Of a stretch of 64,000 nt of DNA, positions 37,947 through 48,748 are shown piece after piece. The DNA comes from Bdellovibrionales bacterium (GTDB taxonomy: Bacteria > Bdellovibrionota > Bdellovibrionia > Bdellovibrionales > JAUICD01), in NCBI GenBank assembly GCA_965262715.1, contig OZ253553.1:800001-864000 (forward strand). The letters are read 5' to 3'. Position numbers and translations under genes: made by a program. Each line of letters opens with the position of its first letter. Within the stretch, counting starts at the first letter, position 1. The notes beneath the pieces were generated by a model that worked only from the letters and a program-made list of their open reading frames with translations, was not told the DNA's origin and searched no databases.

Positions 37947-38587
37947 GTTTTCCTTAACATTTTATGAGAAAACGAGGAGTATCTATTCCACTCAAAATAA
38001 ACGGATTTTTGAGGCAATCAGCATTTTGTTGGGGAATACATCCCGTAGGGACATACATCCCGTAGTGTTAACCGTCACGCTGATTGCCCAAAAATGGTCA
38101 GAGGCCAGTTTATTTTTAGTGAGACAGAAACGAGAGGCATTTTTAGTGAGACAGATGTGATTAGTTAGGGAAAGGTAGTGGGAATAGCTGAAAAGTTTCC
38201 CTAACATTTCGTTAGAGAGCAAGGAGTATCTTCTTAGTAAAAATGCCTCATACTTTCTAGGCAGTAAGCTATTTCCTGAAGACATGAGTCTTCAGGCTTA
38301 CTGCCAGAAAGTCGCCGGAGGCGAGAGGTATTTTTAGTGAGACAGAAACGAGAGGCATTTTTAGTGAGATAGATGTGATTGGTTAGGGAAAGGTAGTGGG
38401 AATAGCTGAAAAGTTTCCCTAACATTTCGTTAGAGAGCAAGGAGTATCTTCTTAGTAAAAATGCCTCATACTTTCTAGGCAGTAAGCTATTTCCTGAAGA
38501 CATGAGTCTTCAGGCTTACTGCCAGAAAGTCGCCGGAGGCGAGAGGTATTTTTAGTGAGACAGAAACGAGAGGCATTTTTAGTGAGA
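37947..38587 (+). repeat. Three family A hairpins, including a 218-bp tandem duplication (~38112-38587, about 2.2 copies)
   Basis: Unit starts at 38113, 38331 and 38549; two substitutions seen between copies. Confidence 0.88.
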
Positions 38588-38593
38588 AATCCC

Positions 38594-39448
38594 ATGGATG
38601 ATTTTGTTGTAAAAAGGTATCAAGGCATTTTAGTACAATTCTTAGGTAGTGACGGACAGTCTTTTTTACAAAGGCTGACTTCTATAGATATCACAAAGGT
38701 TAAAGAAGGTGATATGGTGCTTTCTACCTTTTTAGACGCTAAGGCCAGTGTTATAGCTGTTTTTTATGTGTTTAAAAAGGATTCTCATTTTAGTTTACTT
38801 GTATCTGAAACTTATAAAATTGATCTGACAGGGTACATTGAAAAAATGCATTTTTCAGAAGACCTCAAGTTAAATGTTGAGGATGTGAGTTGGTTAGAGA
38901 TGAGGTATGAAGAACTTCCATCTCAGCTGAGTGATATGAATGGATACACACTAAAAGACTGGAGTGTAAATCAAAAAATAATCAAGGGTCAGATTTTATT
39001 TCGTACCGAAATGACTCATCTTAAAAAGGACATAGTGACTTTTTTAGAAGAAAGTATCAATAAGCAACAATTTAATCTTTTAGAGTGTCATGCAATAAGT
39101 CCAGGCATAGATTCAAATTTATTTCGTTATATTATGATTTTAGATGGTCCTTTTGATCATCTTTTATCTAGGGATAAAGGTTGTTATCCTGGTCAAGAGG
39201 TGGTGGAGAAGATTTATAATATTGGTCGTCGTCCTAAAAAAATGAAATGTTGTCAAATAGATACATCATTTATGTCTATAAAAATGCCTGAAGGCCTTTT
39301 GCTTGAAAATAAAAAAGTGGGAAAGCTTTTGTGTGTCTTTCAATTAAGTGAACAAGCATGTCTAGGGCTAGCCATTTTACGCTATACATGCCATGCCTTA
39401 GAAATGCTGACAGAACTCAAAAAGTATCAGGTGCGTGTCATTTTATAA
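38594..39448 (+). CDS. ygfZ: Folate-binding YgfZ/GcvT-like protein
   Basis: G.D..SFLQ, KGCYPGQEVV signature; likely ATG at 38594 (upstream codons lie in repeat DNA). Confidence 0.85.
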   Translation: MDDFVVKRYQGILVQFLGSDGQSFLQRLTSIDITKVKEGDMVLSTFLDAKASVIAVFYVFKKDSHFSLLVSETYKIDLTGYIEKMHFSEDLKLNVEDVSWLEMRYEELPSQLSDMNGYTLKDWSVNQKIIKGQILFRTEMTHLKKDIVTFLEESINKQQFNLLECHAISPGIDSNLFRYIMILDGPFDHLLSRDKGCYPGQEVVEKIYNIGRRPKKMKCCQIDTSFMSIKMPEGLLLENKKVGKLLCVFQLSEQACLGLAILRYTCHALEMLTELKKYQVRVIL

Positions 39449-39603
39449 CTTTTATATATAATTAAATATATTATGGTCTGGTATTTCTTGTAGATGGAGT
39501 TGCATTATTTTATTTTTATAGGCGTATAATACTTGTATAAGCTAGAATGTCATGTAAAATGATAGTTATAAGACATTATAATAAATTCAACATAAAATAA
39601 ATT

Positions 39604-40449
39604 TTGGAGGTTATTTTGGGATTTATAAAATCAATATCTATCAAAAAATTTGTATGTGTATTTTCAACACTCTTTACAGGATTGACTTTAGGATCTTTTC
39701 TATTAGTTGGCTGTTCTACGGCACCAGATGTAGGTCAACTCAAGCAAATTTTTGAGGAAAACCCTGATATATTAGCTAATGCTATCAAGAAAAATCCAAA
39801 GCCTATTATGGATGCTCTCAACGACGCAGCTCAGGAAGCGCGTAGAGAACAGGTAGAGAATGCGCAAAAAGCACAGGATGAAGCTCGAGTTGATGCACGT
39901 AAAAACCCTAGAAAACCTCAAATTGACGATGATCGAGTCATTTTTGGTGAAAACAAGAAAGAGGCTAAAATCACTATTGTAGAATACTCTGATTTCCAAT
40001 GTGGTTACTGTGCACGAGCATATAACACAATGAAGCAAATCTTAGATAAGTATAAAGATAAAGTGCGTGTAATTTATAAGCATCTTCCTTTAGACTTCCA
40101 TCCAATGGCAGATCCAGCAGCTCGTTATTATGAAGCTATAGCTCTTCAAGACCATAAAAAGGCAGCACAGTTTCATGATAAAATCTTTGAAAATCAGGGC
40201 AGCCTAACTTCTGATGGTGAAAAGTTTCTAGAGAAAACAGCTAAAGAAGTTAAAGTCAATATGGCAAAACTCAAAAAGGATTTAGAATCTGATAAAGTCA
40301 AAAACCGTGTTCAAGCTGATAAGAAAGAAGCTACAAAATTTGGCTTCAACGGAACTCCAGGGTTTCTTGTTAATGGTGTCCCTCTTAACGGTGCTCAACC
40401 TATAGATGCTTTTGAAAAAGAGTTTAGAGATCAAGGGCTTTTGGATTAA
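39604..40449 (+). CDS. DsbA-family thioredoxin-fold lipoprotein
   Basis: LVGC lipobox; SDFQCGYC; GTPGF cis-Pro loop. Confidence 0.9.
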   Translation: MEVILGFIKSISIKKFVCVFSTLFTGLTLGSFLLVGCSTAPDVGQLKQIFEENPDILANAIKKNPKPIMDALNDAAQEARREQVENAQKAQDEARVDARKNPRKPQIDDDRVIFGENKKEAKITIVEYSDFQCGYCARAYNTMKQILDKYKDKVRVIYKHLPLDFHPMADPAARYYEAIALQDHKKAAQFHDKIFENQGSLTSDGEKFLEKTAKEVKVNMAKLKKDLESDKVKNRVQADKKEATKFGFNGTPGFLVNGVPLNGAQPIDAFEKEFRDQGLLD

Positions 40450-40477
40450 TTATTGAGATTATACATAATTATGCTAT

Positions 40478-40514
40478 AAAAATAAGCCAGGAGTTTTCAC
40501 TTCTGGCTTATTTT
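40478..40514 (+). terminator. Probable intrinsic terminator
   Basis: AAAATAAGCCAG...CTGGCTTATTTT stem. Confidence 0.65.
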
Positions 40515-40535
40515 ATTTTAAATGAGAGATATTCT

Positions 40536-41453
40536 ATGGATACCTTAAAAGAAAGAGTGAAAGAAAGTCCTCAAAAGCCAAACTGGTTAAAGGTGAGAGC
40601 ACCTGTTTCTCATAATTACTTTAAGCTTAAATCTATGTTTAAAAAGCTGAATTTAGCCACAGTTTGTCAGGAGGCAAGGTGTCCTAATATTGGAGAGTGT
40701 TGGCTTGGTGGAACAGCAACTATTATGTTAATGGGAGACGTTTGCACAAGAGGTTGTCGATTTTGCCATGTTAAAACGGGCAATCCTAGAGGTTTGATAG
40801 ATAAAAATGAGCCAGAAAAAGTGGGTTTTGCTGTCACTCAAATGGATTTGGACTATATAGTTTTGACGAGTGTAGATAGGGATGATTTACCTGATGGAGG
40901 TGCAGACCATTTTGCTCGAACAGTAGAAACCATTAAGCAATATCACAGAAAGCTTATTGTAGAAGTTCTTGTGCCAGACTTTAAGGCTTATCCAGATCAT
41001 ATTTTAAGAGTTGTTAATGCAAAACCTGATGTTTTTGCTCATAATATTGAAACAGTTGAGAGGCTTTCGCCTGCTGTGAGAGATGCAAGGGCGGGTTATG
41101 GCCAGTCACTCTTTGTATTAGAAAAAGTTAAAGATTTTGATAATTCCAGATACACAAAATCTTCTATTATGTTAGGTTTAGGAGAGACAAAAACAGAAAT
41201 TCGTCAGGCTTTAAGAGATTTAAGAAATGTAGGCTGTGATGTTGTGACCTTTGGTCAATATCTACAACCAACAAAAAGGCATTTAGATGTTAAAGAATAT
41301 GTAAGCCCAGATGAATTTAAAGAGTGGCAAATGTTTGCAGAAGGTATGGGATTTCTTTATGTTGCTAGCGGTCCACTCGTTAGAAGCTCCTACAAAGCTG
41401 GAGAATACTTTATGAAAGGAGTTATAGACAGACAAAAAGCAAATTTGTCTTAA
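40536..41453 (+). CDS. lipA: Lipoyl synthase
   Basis: CQEARCPNIGEC, CTRGCRFC, RSSY. Confidence 0.97.
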   Translation: MDTLKERVKESPQKPNWLKVRAPVSHNYFKLKSMFKKLNLATVCQEARCPNIGECWLGGTATIMLMGDVCTRGCRFCHVKTGNPRGLIDKNEPEKVGFAVTQMDLDYIVLTSVDRDDLPDGGADHFARTVETIKQYHRKLIVEVLVPDFKAYPDHILRVVNAKPDVFAHNIETVERLSPAVRDARAGYGQSLFVLEKVKDFDNSRYTKSSIMLGLGETKTEIRQALRDLRNVGCDVVTFGQYLQPTKRHLDVKEYVSPDEFKEWQMFAEGMGFLYVASGPLVRSSYKAGEYFMKGVIDRQKANLS

Positions 41454-41688
41454 TAATTAATTATTTTGATATTTATAGCAAAGCCGAGTAGTCCTCGACA
41501 AGATTGCATTTCAGAAATCTTGTCTGCGGAAGAACTCGTCTTTTTGCTATAAATATCAAAATCTAATTTGCTAATACTCTTGACAAGGTGGTTATCCATA
41601 GGAGGATGAGACAGAAAAAGAGTGAAAGATAAAGAGAAGCAAATTCTTATATTTTGAGAAAACAAAAATGGAGAAGGAAGGAGTTAAG

Positions 41689-42912
41689 ATGTATGATATC
41701 AAGTTACCTGAGATTGGCGAAGGGGTTAATGAAGGTGAGCTATTAAAGTGGCTTGTCAAGGAAGGGGATGCTGTCAAGGTGGATCAGGGTCTTGTGGAGA
41801 TTTTAACAGATAAAGCATCTGTTGAAATTCCAAGTGCTGTGACGGGAACAGTGGAATCTCTTAAAGCTAATGTTGGAGATATGATTGAAGTAGGGCAGAC
41901 CTTAATGACTGTAAAGTTATCACAAGAATCTTCACAAAAAGTTGCCCAGCAAGTAACAAGCAATTATAAAGAAAGTTCTCAATCTGCTATTATTAAAGAT
42001 GCAAGAGCTGAAGATTCATCTGTAAAAAAGTTAAAAGACACCTCCGAGCAGGTATTGGCAACTCCTTCAACAAGGAGACTTGCTCAAAAATTAGATGTTG
42101 ATATCACTCAAGTTTCAGGTACAGGCAATATTGGCCGTGTGACACGAGAGGATGTAGAGAAAGCTTTCAAAACTGGTCATTCGCCGAGACAAGCTATTTC
42201 TGCAAAAGCAGATTTGAAGGACGAGGTGATTCCTTTAAGAGGTATTCGTAGAAAAATTGCAGAGAGGATGCAATTAGCTAAACAAACCATACCTCATTTT
42301 TCTATTATGGATGAGGCAAATGTCACTCAGTTGGTTCAATTAAGGGCAAAATGCAAAGAGCATTTTAAAGATGTTAAAATCACTTACCTACCTTTTATAA
42401 TGAAGGCACTTGTTTCTGCGTGTAAGGATTTTCCTATGTTAAATGCTTCTATAGATAAGGATCAAATTATCTATAGAAAGAATTTTCATATTGGCTTTGC
42501 AGCAGATACACCTGACGGACTTTTAGTTCCTGTGATTAAAAATGCAGATCAAAAAACCATTTTACAGATCAGTCAAGAAATAGAAGGCTTAGCCAATAAG
42601 GCGAAAGCAGGAAGACTCACATTAGAAGAGATGACAGGCAGTACTATCACTATTACAAATATTGGTAGTATTGGAGGCTCCTATGCTACACCTATTATCA
42701 ATCCACCTGAGGTAGCTATTATTGGCTTGTACCGCATAAAAAAAACACCAGTATTTAAAGATGGAGCTATTGAATCTGTTGATATGATGAATCTTTCATG
42801 TACAGCAGATCACAGATTGATTGATGGAGCGGTTGCTGCTAGGTTTTTGAAAACATTGATTCAGAAAATAGAAACCCCCGCTTTTTTAATAATAGATAAC
42901 TTAAGTATTTAA
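41689..42912 (+). CDS. 2-oxo acid dehydrogenase E2 (dihydrolipoamide acyltransferase)
   Basis: Lipoyl domain TDKA, E3-binding ATPSTRRLA, DHRLIDGA. Confidence 0.93.
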   Translation: MYDIKLPEIGEGVNEGELLKWLVKEGDAVKVDQGLVEILTDKASVEIPSAVTGTVESLKANVGDMIEVGQTLMTVKLSQESSQKVAQQVTSNYKESSQSAIIKDARAEDSSVKKLKDTSEQVLATPSTRRLAQKLDVDITQVSGTGNIGRVTREDVEKAFKTGHSPRQAISAKADLKDEVIPLRGIRRKIAERMQLAKQTIPHFSIMDEANVTQLVQLRAKCKEHFKDVKITYLPFIMKALVSACKDFPMLNASIDKDQIIYRKNFHIGFAADTPDGLLVPVIKNADQKTILQISQEIEGLANKAKAGRLTLEEMTGSTITITNIGSIGGSYATPIINPPEVAIIGLYRIKKTPVFKDGAIESVDMMNLSCTADHRLIDGAVAARFLKTLIQKIETPAFLIIDNLSI

Positions 42913-42964
42913 ATAATCTAAATCGTATTTCTCAGATTACTTCGATAAACTGAAAGGAGATATT

Positions 42965-44374
42965 TTGAAAGAGAAAACTTATGATGTTGTTGTTATCGGT
43001 GCGGGGCCTGGAGGCTATGTCTCTGCTATTCGATCATCACAATTAGGGTTGAAGACAGCTATTGTTGAAAAAAAGTATATGGGTGGAGTTTGTTTAAATG
43101 TAGGCTGTGTCCCTTCAAAAGCTCTTATAACTGCTTCTGAATTTTTTTATAAGTTAGCGCATGATGCTAAGGCTATGGGTATCTCAATCAATGGCTCTGC
43201 TTCTGTGGATATGAATAAACTGCAAAAGTGGAAAGAGTCTATTTGTAAAAAAATGTCATCTGGAATTTCTTCTCTGCTTAAAGGTAACAAAGTTGATATT
43301 GTTAATGGAGAAGCCTCATTTATTTCTCCAGAAAAGCTGGAAGTCAAATTACAAAATGATGATGTTCAATATATTCGCTCTAAATATTTTGTTTTGGCAA
43401 TGGGATCTTCTCCTATAGAGTTACCTCAATTTACTTTTGATGAAAAAAATATTTTATCTTCTACAGGGGGTCTTAACTTTCAGGAAGTTCCTAAAAGGAT
43501 TACTGTCATTGGTGGTGGTTATATTGGTTTAGAGATTGCAGGTTATTTGTGCCACTTAGGTTCCAAGGTAACTGTATTAGAAGCTAGTTCAGAGTTTTTA
43601 GGTGGACTAGCAGATAAAGATATAACTGAGGTGATAATAAAACATTTTAAAAAAATAGGTGTAACTCTTTTAACAAATTGCAAAGCACAATCTTGGAAGT
43701 CTAAAGGCGAAGATTTAATTGTAAATGTTGATATTCAAGGTCAAAAGCAGGATATATTAACTGATAAAATATTGATTGCAGTTGGAAGAAGGCCTAATTC
43801 TGATCAAGCAAATATAAAAGGAATTGGCTTAGAATTTGATAAAGGTTTTGTTAAAGTAGATAAGCAAAGGCGTACAAATATTCCTCATATTTTTGCTATC
43901 GGAGATATTGCAGGTCAACCTATGCTAGCGCATAAAGCAAGTTATGAGGGTATTTTAGTGGCTGAAGTCTTGGCAGGTAAAAAACGTATTTTTGATGCAA
44001 AGGTCATTCCATCTGTTGTTTTCACACATCCAGAATTTGCCTCTGTAGGCTTAAGTGAGAGAGAGTGTCAAGAGCAAGGATTATCAGTAAAGATAAGCCG
44101 GTTTCCATTTGCGGCAAATGCAAGAGCGTTTTGTTTTCAAGAGGTGAGCGGCTTTGTTAAGATGATTGCTGATTCTCGTAATGATTTGATTTTGGGAGTT
44201 CATATTGTAGGTCCTCAGGCAAGTCAATTAATCAGTGAGGCAGCACTTGCTATAGAGATGGGAGCGACATTAGAAGACATGGCATGTACTATTCATCCAC
44301 ATCCAACTCTTAGTGAAACTTTGATGGAGTCTTGTGAAGCGGCATTAGGGTATCCAATTCATATTTTACGTTAA
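42965..44374 (+). CDS. lpdA: Dihydrolipoyl dehydrogenase
   Basis: GAGPGGY, GGVCLNVGCVPSK, HPHPTLSE. Confidence 0.96.
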   Translation: MKEKTYDVVVIGAGPGGYVSAIRSSQLGLKTAIVEKKYMGGVCLNVGCVPSKALITASEFFYKLAHDAKAMGISINGSASVDMNKLQKWKESICKKMSSGISSLLKGNKVDIVNGEASFISPEKLEVKLQNDDVQYIRSKYFVLAMGSSPIELPQFTFDEKNILSSTGGLNFQEVPKRITVIGGGYIGLEIAGYLCHLGSKVTVLEASSEFLGGLADKDITEVIIKHFKKIGVTLLTNCKAQSWKSKGEDLIVNVDIQGQKQDILTDKILIAVGRRPNSDQANIKGIGLEFDKGFVKVDKQRRTNIPHIFAIGDIAGQPMLAHKASYEGILVAEVLAGKKRIFDAKVIPSVVFTHPEFASVGLSERECQEQGLSVKISRFPFAANARAFCFQEVSGFVKMIADSRNDLILGVHIVGPQASQLISEAALAIEMGATLEDMACTIHPHPTLSETLMESCEAALGYPIHILR

Positions 44375-44497
44375 TTTCTAGAATAGAATTTTTAATGGCT
44401 GTATTGTATAGAGAAAGATAGTTAAGTGTATAAAAATTTTATATTTTAGCTTATACGATAAATTATTCTTAGTATCTGTGTATGTAAGTATTATGAG

Positions 44498-45118
44498 TTG
44501 TGGTTTATGGGTAATGTTAGTTTGCAGTGTGTAGATTTAGGTTTGATTCCTTATAAGAAGGCTTTAGACTTTCAGTTGCAGTTGTTAGAAAAAGTGTATA
44601 AAAAAATAGCTGATGAAACATTGATTGTTTGTCGTCACCCTTTTGTATTAACTGTTGGGAGAAGTGCTAAGGAAAGTGATATTCAAAACTGGAATGGAGA
44701 AATTGTTAAGATACAAAGAGGTGGTGGAGTTACATTTCATGGACCAGGGCAGATTATCATTTATCCTATTTTAGATTTAAGGAAAAGAAATCAGGATTTG
44801 CATAGCTTTTTAAGAAAATTAGAAAAAAGTGTTATAGAAACATTAAAGTTTTATGATATTAAAGCATCTTGTAGAGATGGTGCAACGGGAGTTTGGGTAG
44901 GTGATAAAAAGATAACTTCTATTGGGATAGGAGTTAAAAAATGGATTTCCTACCATGGACTTGCCTTTAACTTTAAAAATGAATTCCTAAATCAAGGTAG
45001 CTTTAGTCCTTGTGGTTTTTCTCAAGATACTATGATAGGATTTACAGATATTGTAAGCGATGTTGACTTCGAAGAAGTTCAAAAAAAGCTTATTACACAA
45101 TTAAATAAGCTTTTTTAG
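44498..45118 (+). CDS. lipB: Lipoyl(octanoyl) transferase
   Basis: HP.V.T.G, RGGGVTFHGPGQ, HGLAFN, PCG. Confidence 0.92.
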   Translation: MWFMGNVSLQCVDLGLIPYKKALDFQLQLLEKVYKKIADETLIVCRHPFVLTVGRSAKESDIQNWNGEIVKIQRGGGVTFHGPGQIIIYPILDLRKRNQDLHSFLRKLEKSVIETLKFYDIKASCRDGATGVWVGDKKITSIGIGVKKWISYHGLAFNFKNEFLNQGSFSPCGFSQDTMIGFTDIVSDVDFEEVQKKLITQLNKLF

Positions 45119-45378
45119 AATTTCATCAGATAGTAAAATGACTAAAGGGTTTTCTTAGATTTCTTAGGTTTTTCTGGATAAAAGGACTCAACGTATCTAT
45201 TCTCGAGAGGTTTTTCATAATATGAATGAGTGTATTCATTGTAATGAGTATCATTACTTATAAAGTGACATCCATTCATCGCATAGAGTTGGTGTTATAG
45301 GCTCTTATTTAAAGTATATTAGATCATCAATAATAATAGTGCCAGTGTTTCCTTCTTCTACTACTTTCAATGGTTGTT

Positions 45379-45846
45379 TCAATGATTGTTGAAAAGGGTC
45401 CTTCTTATGTCTTCTATTCTTTCTATTATTCTTAGCTTGGCTTGTACTAAAGCTACTGTGACTCTATGAGTGTCGTCTCTATTCAAAGCTTCTGCAAGAG
45501 GTGTAATAGTTGTTTTTCTAAACCATCCCCTTTTAAACGATGGCATGCTAGGGTTTGCTCCAGCTTCCAATAAGGCTATAACAATTTCAAACCAATCATC
45601 GGAATCGTAGTTGTCATGAAAGGCATGTCTAACAGCTACAATTAATGGTGTATTGCCACCTTCATCTGTAATGTTGGGGTCTATATCTGCTTCTAATATT
45701 TCATCAATCCATGCTCGGTCTCCTAATGTTGATCTCATGTTATTTATTGTGGTTGTGGTCACTCCAAAACGTTGGGCAGCAGAAATTGTACCGGTCATTG
45801 ATATTAATGTAAAAATTGAAATAATTTTAAAATAAAAAGATGTCAT
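45379..45846 (-). CDS. Small secreted ankyrin-repeat protein
   Basis: Signal peptide; DPNITDEGGNTPLIVA...LLEAGANPS...TPLAEA. Confidence 0.8.
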   Translation of the reverse strand: MTSFYFKIISIFTLISMTGTISAAQRFGVTTTTINNMRSTLGDRAWIDEILEADIDPNITDEGGNTPLIVAVRHAFHDNYDSDDWFEIVIALLEAGANPSMPSFKRGWFRKTTITPLAEALNRDDTHRVTVALVQAKLRIIERIEDIRRTLFNNH

Positions 45847-46336
45847 TATAATTTCTCCTTGTAATTTAAGATTTAGATTTTTAATTAAATATTATTGTTA
45901 AAATTTTTTATCAAAATTATTATAGGCGCTAGAGGTTTGAGTTAGATATTTATCTAAGTCTTGTCAATAATAAAAACCAACAAACCACTAACACCCTAAA
46001 TAATTCATATTAAAGAGAATTGATCCATTCAAGACATGAGCTTGATACATCTACATCTTCTTCTAAACTTTATATCTTAACAGTGCTGCATTCTTGCAAG
46101 CTTTTAGTTGTATTTTAAGCAAATTTTGTAAACTTTACAGCATGTTGCATCAAATAATGTAAACTTTACAATGTTTCTTAGAAAGTAAAATTAGATTTGT
46201 AAAATATAAAATTTTAAGTTATAACCTCATTAACTTTAGTTTTAAGTTTTAGTTTAAATCTACCAATACAAACAAATGAAATGAAAATAATTTGTAAAAT
46301 AAAAATAAAAGTTTTTAATTTAGGAGGAAATAAATA

Positions 46337-47023
46337 ATGAAATTTATAAAATCAATAAGTTTAGCTGTGTTATTTACTATTTATGGAATAAGTGGAGCTT
46401 TTGCTCAAGATGATAATCCTGACTCACTTATTAAACCTAAACCTGTAGATCCCAGTGAGTTAAATCGTCTTTTGAAGCCTTTAGGAATGGAGCCTTATCC
46501 TTTTATTAAACAACCTGATCTAAGGATTATAAACTCTATGGAAAAAAACTATACTTATCCAACTTTGGAAAATGATTTTAAATATTTGACACATGAAATA
46601 GTAGAAGATGCCTATGTTCTTGTGTTTGGGAACTTTGGAGGAGAAGAGCAATTTTTTGATGGATATCTTCATGACAGAGATTTTCCAGAAGGAGTGCAAT
46701 ATAGCATGATTTGTGATCCTTTATTTTGGGAAGGAGATGAGGAGGATATAAACTATCTCAGTCGATCTGGTTTTTTAGATCAAGAGGCTAATTGTTCTGA
46801 ATTTGATGGTCGTAATGTATTTCCTTTAATTCATACAACTTCACAAGATGATAGAGTAGAACTTTTTGTTATTCCTCTTATAGATGGGCATTCACGAAGT
46901 AGAGTGATGGGAGCTGTTTCAGAAGTACAGGAATTACTAGATGCTGCAGAGAGTGGTGAATATATGACAGCTTTTGAAATAAGAAGCTTAATTGATGATC
47001 AATTAACTCGTTATGATAGATAG
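46337..47023 (+). CDS. Secreted hypothetical protein, paralogue 1 of tandem triplet
   Basis: Signal peptide ending AFAQ; VEDAYVLVFGNFGGEE; AGGAGG RBS. Confidence 0.8.
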   Translation: MKFIKSISLAVLFTIYGISGAFAQDDNPDSLIKPKPVDPSELNRLLKPLGMEPYPFIKQPDLRIINSMEKNYTYPTLENDFKYLTHEIVEDAYVLVFGNFGGEEQFFDGYLHDRDFPEGVQYSMICDPLFWEGDEEDINYLSRSGFLDQEANCSEFDGRNVFPLIHTTSQDDRVELFVIPLIDGHSRSRVMGAVSEVQELLDAAESGEYMTAFEIRSLIDDQLTRYDR

Positions 47024-47057
47024 AATTTTTAAAATTTTTTAAAGGAGAAAAAGAATT

Positions 47058-47753
47058 ATGAAATTTGTAAAATTAATGAGTTTAATTTTACTATTTATTA
47101 TTTGTGGAACAAGTGGAGTTTTTGCACAAAATACTTCTAAACCTATGCAAAGAGAGTTGATTGGATTACTGAATCTTGAATATCCAAACAACAACTCTCA
47201 AAGCCTACTTAATATCTATGAAGAAGTGAGGAGATGGACTGTCAATCTTAAACTTGAAGAGGCACGTGAAGCTTACGAAGAATCTAGAAGTAATGTTCTA
47301 GATAATACTCATACAGTGGAAGATGCTTATCTCTTAGTGTTTGGAAATTTTGGAGGAGAAGAGCCATTTTTTGATCAATATTTTGACCGATATCCTCATG
47401 ATACAAATATTTTAGTTCCTGAGGGAATACAGACTGATTTTGTTTGTTATGAGACATTTTGGTCAACTCTTAATGTAACCTATTTTCCTCGTCGTACGGA
47501 TTATGATTCAACTTGTAATCCAAATGAAAATCATAATCTTCTTTCCTTGTTTCATTCAGTATTAAGAGATACGGAAGTCTTTGTGATCCCTTTCCGTGGA
47601 AGGTTTTCATTGGATATCTTAAGATTAGCTGTTTCAATGGTGCAAGCTGATATGAGACATAGTGATGAATATCAGACAGCTCTACAAATAAAAAGTTCAA
47701 TCCTTGATTATTATGTGGCAATTATGAGAACAGAAGGTCAAGAGGAATTATAA
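47058..47753 (+). CDS. Secreted hypothetical protein, paralogue 2
   Basis: Signal peptide; VEDAYLLVFGNFGGEE. Confidence 0.8.
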   Translation: MKFVKLMSLILLFIICGTSGVFAQNTSKPMQRELIGLLNLEYPNNNSQSLLNIYEEVRRWTVNLKLEEAREAYEESRSNVLDNTHTVEDAYLLVFGNFGGEEPFFDQYFDRYPHDTNILVPEGIQTDFVCYETFWSTLNVTYFPRRTDYDSTCNPNENHNLLSLFHSVLRDTEVFVIPFRGRFSLDILRLAVSMVQADMRHSDEYQTALQIKSSILDYYVAIMRTEGQEEL

Positions 47754-47872
47754 ATTTATTTGTGCCATACTTAATTTGGCAGTTGTATTATAATATAGGA
47801 AAAGGCAGTTAATTGATGACCAATTAACTGATAGATAGAATTTTTAAAATTTTTTAAAGGAGAAAAAAAATT

Positions 47873-48577
47873 ATGAAGTTTGTAAAATTAATGAGTTTAA
47901 TTTTATTAGTTATTATTTGTGGAACAAGTGGAGCTTTTGCACAAAACTCTTCATTGACTCATCAGATTTATGAGTCATGGACTATTGATCCTAAGCTTGA
48001 AAAGATGTTTGAAGGTTATGAAACATCTTGGACTATCAATCCTGAACTTGAAGCAAGACTTCAACCTTATGAGACATCTTGGACTGTTATTGATCCTAGG
48101 TTTGAAGGTTATAAGTACAACCTTATAGACAATAATAGTACAGTGGAAGATGCTTATGTTGCTGTATTTGGAAATTTTGGTGGAAAAGAGATTTTATATC
48201 CTCCTTATGATGTTGATTTACCAGATGAGATGAGGGGCATTCCTATTGTATGTCATGTCTCATTTTGGGTAAATTTAAATGAAGGATATTCTCCTAATCT
48301 TGGCCCATTTTTTACTGAAATACATACTTGTCCTTCAGATATTATTGAAAGTTATGAGGTCTTTTCTTTATTCCATCCAATATCACACAGCCAAAATGGA
48401 GTAGGTTATTTTGTTATTCCTCTTAAGGATATTGGGCTTTCGCAAGATGTTTTGGAAGATGCCATTTTAATGGAGCAAGCTGAATTAATAAGCTCCATAG
48501 AAAGTGATGAATATATGACACCTCGTGAAATAAAGACTTTAATTAAGAAATCAATAAAGTTAACTATTGAGAGATAG
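47873..48577 (+). CDS. Secreted hypothetical protein, paralogue 3
   Basis: Signal peptide; three YE(T)SWT(V)I(D/N)P repeats; VEDAYVAVFGNFGGKE. Confidence 0.8.
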   Translation: MKFVKLMSLILLVIICGTSGAFAQNSSLTHQIYESWTIDPKLEKMFEGYETSWTINPELEARLQPYETSWTVIDPRFEGYKYNLIDNNSTVEDAYVAVFGNFGGKEILYPPYDVDLPDEMRGIPIVCHVSFWVNLNEGYSPNLGPFFTEIHTCPSDIIESYEVFSLFHPISHSQNGVGYFVIPLKDIGLSQDVLEDAILMEQAELISSIESDEYMTPREIKTLIKKSIKLTIER

Positions 48578-48748
48578 TAATTTCTTTCAGTATGGGCATT
48601 CATCATGTTGTGGAAGATCGTCGGTAATGTTAAACCATAAACATTTATCTTTAACAAAAATATGCTTTTCTGGTTGAATACCAATTTCATTATCAAATAG
48701 GCCTGCACTCATAAATATTCTATCAGGCTTTTTATGATAAAAGTAAAT
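48503..48748. repeat. 246-bp direct repeat, left copy, flanking IS1634
   Basis: Identical by eye to 50695-50940. Confidence 0.95.

Noticed and set aside
37820..38503. ORFs 37820-38017, 37992-38285, 38234-38503 (and similarly 26949-27200, 36166-36351, 41450-41665)
   Set aside because: They lie within non-coding repeat elements
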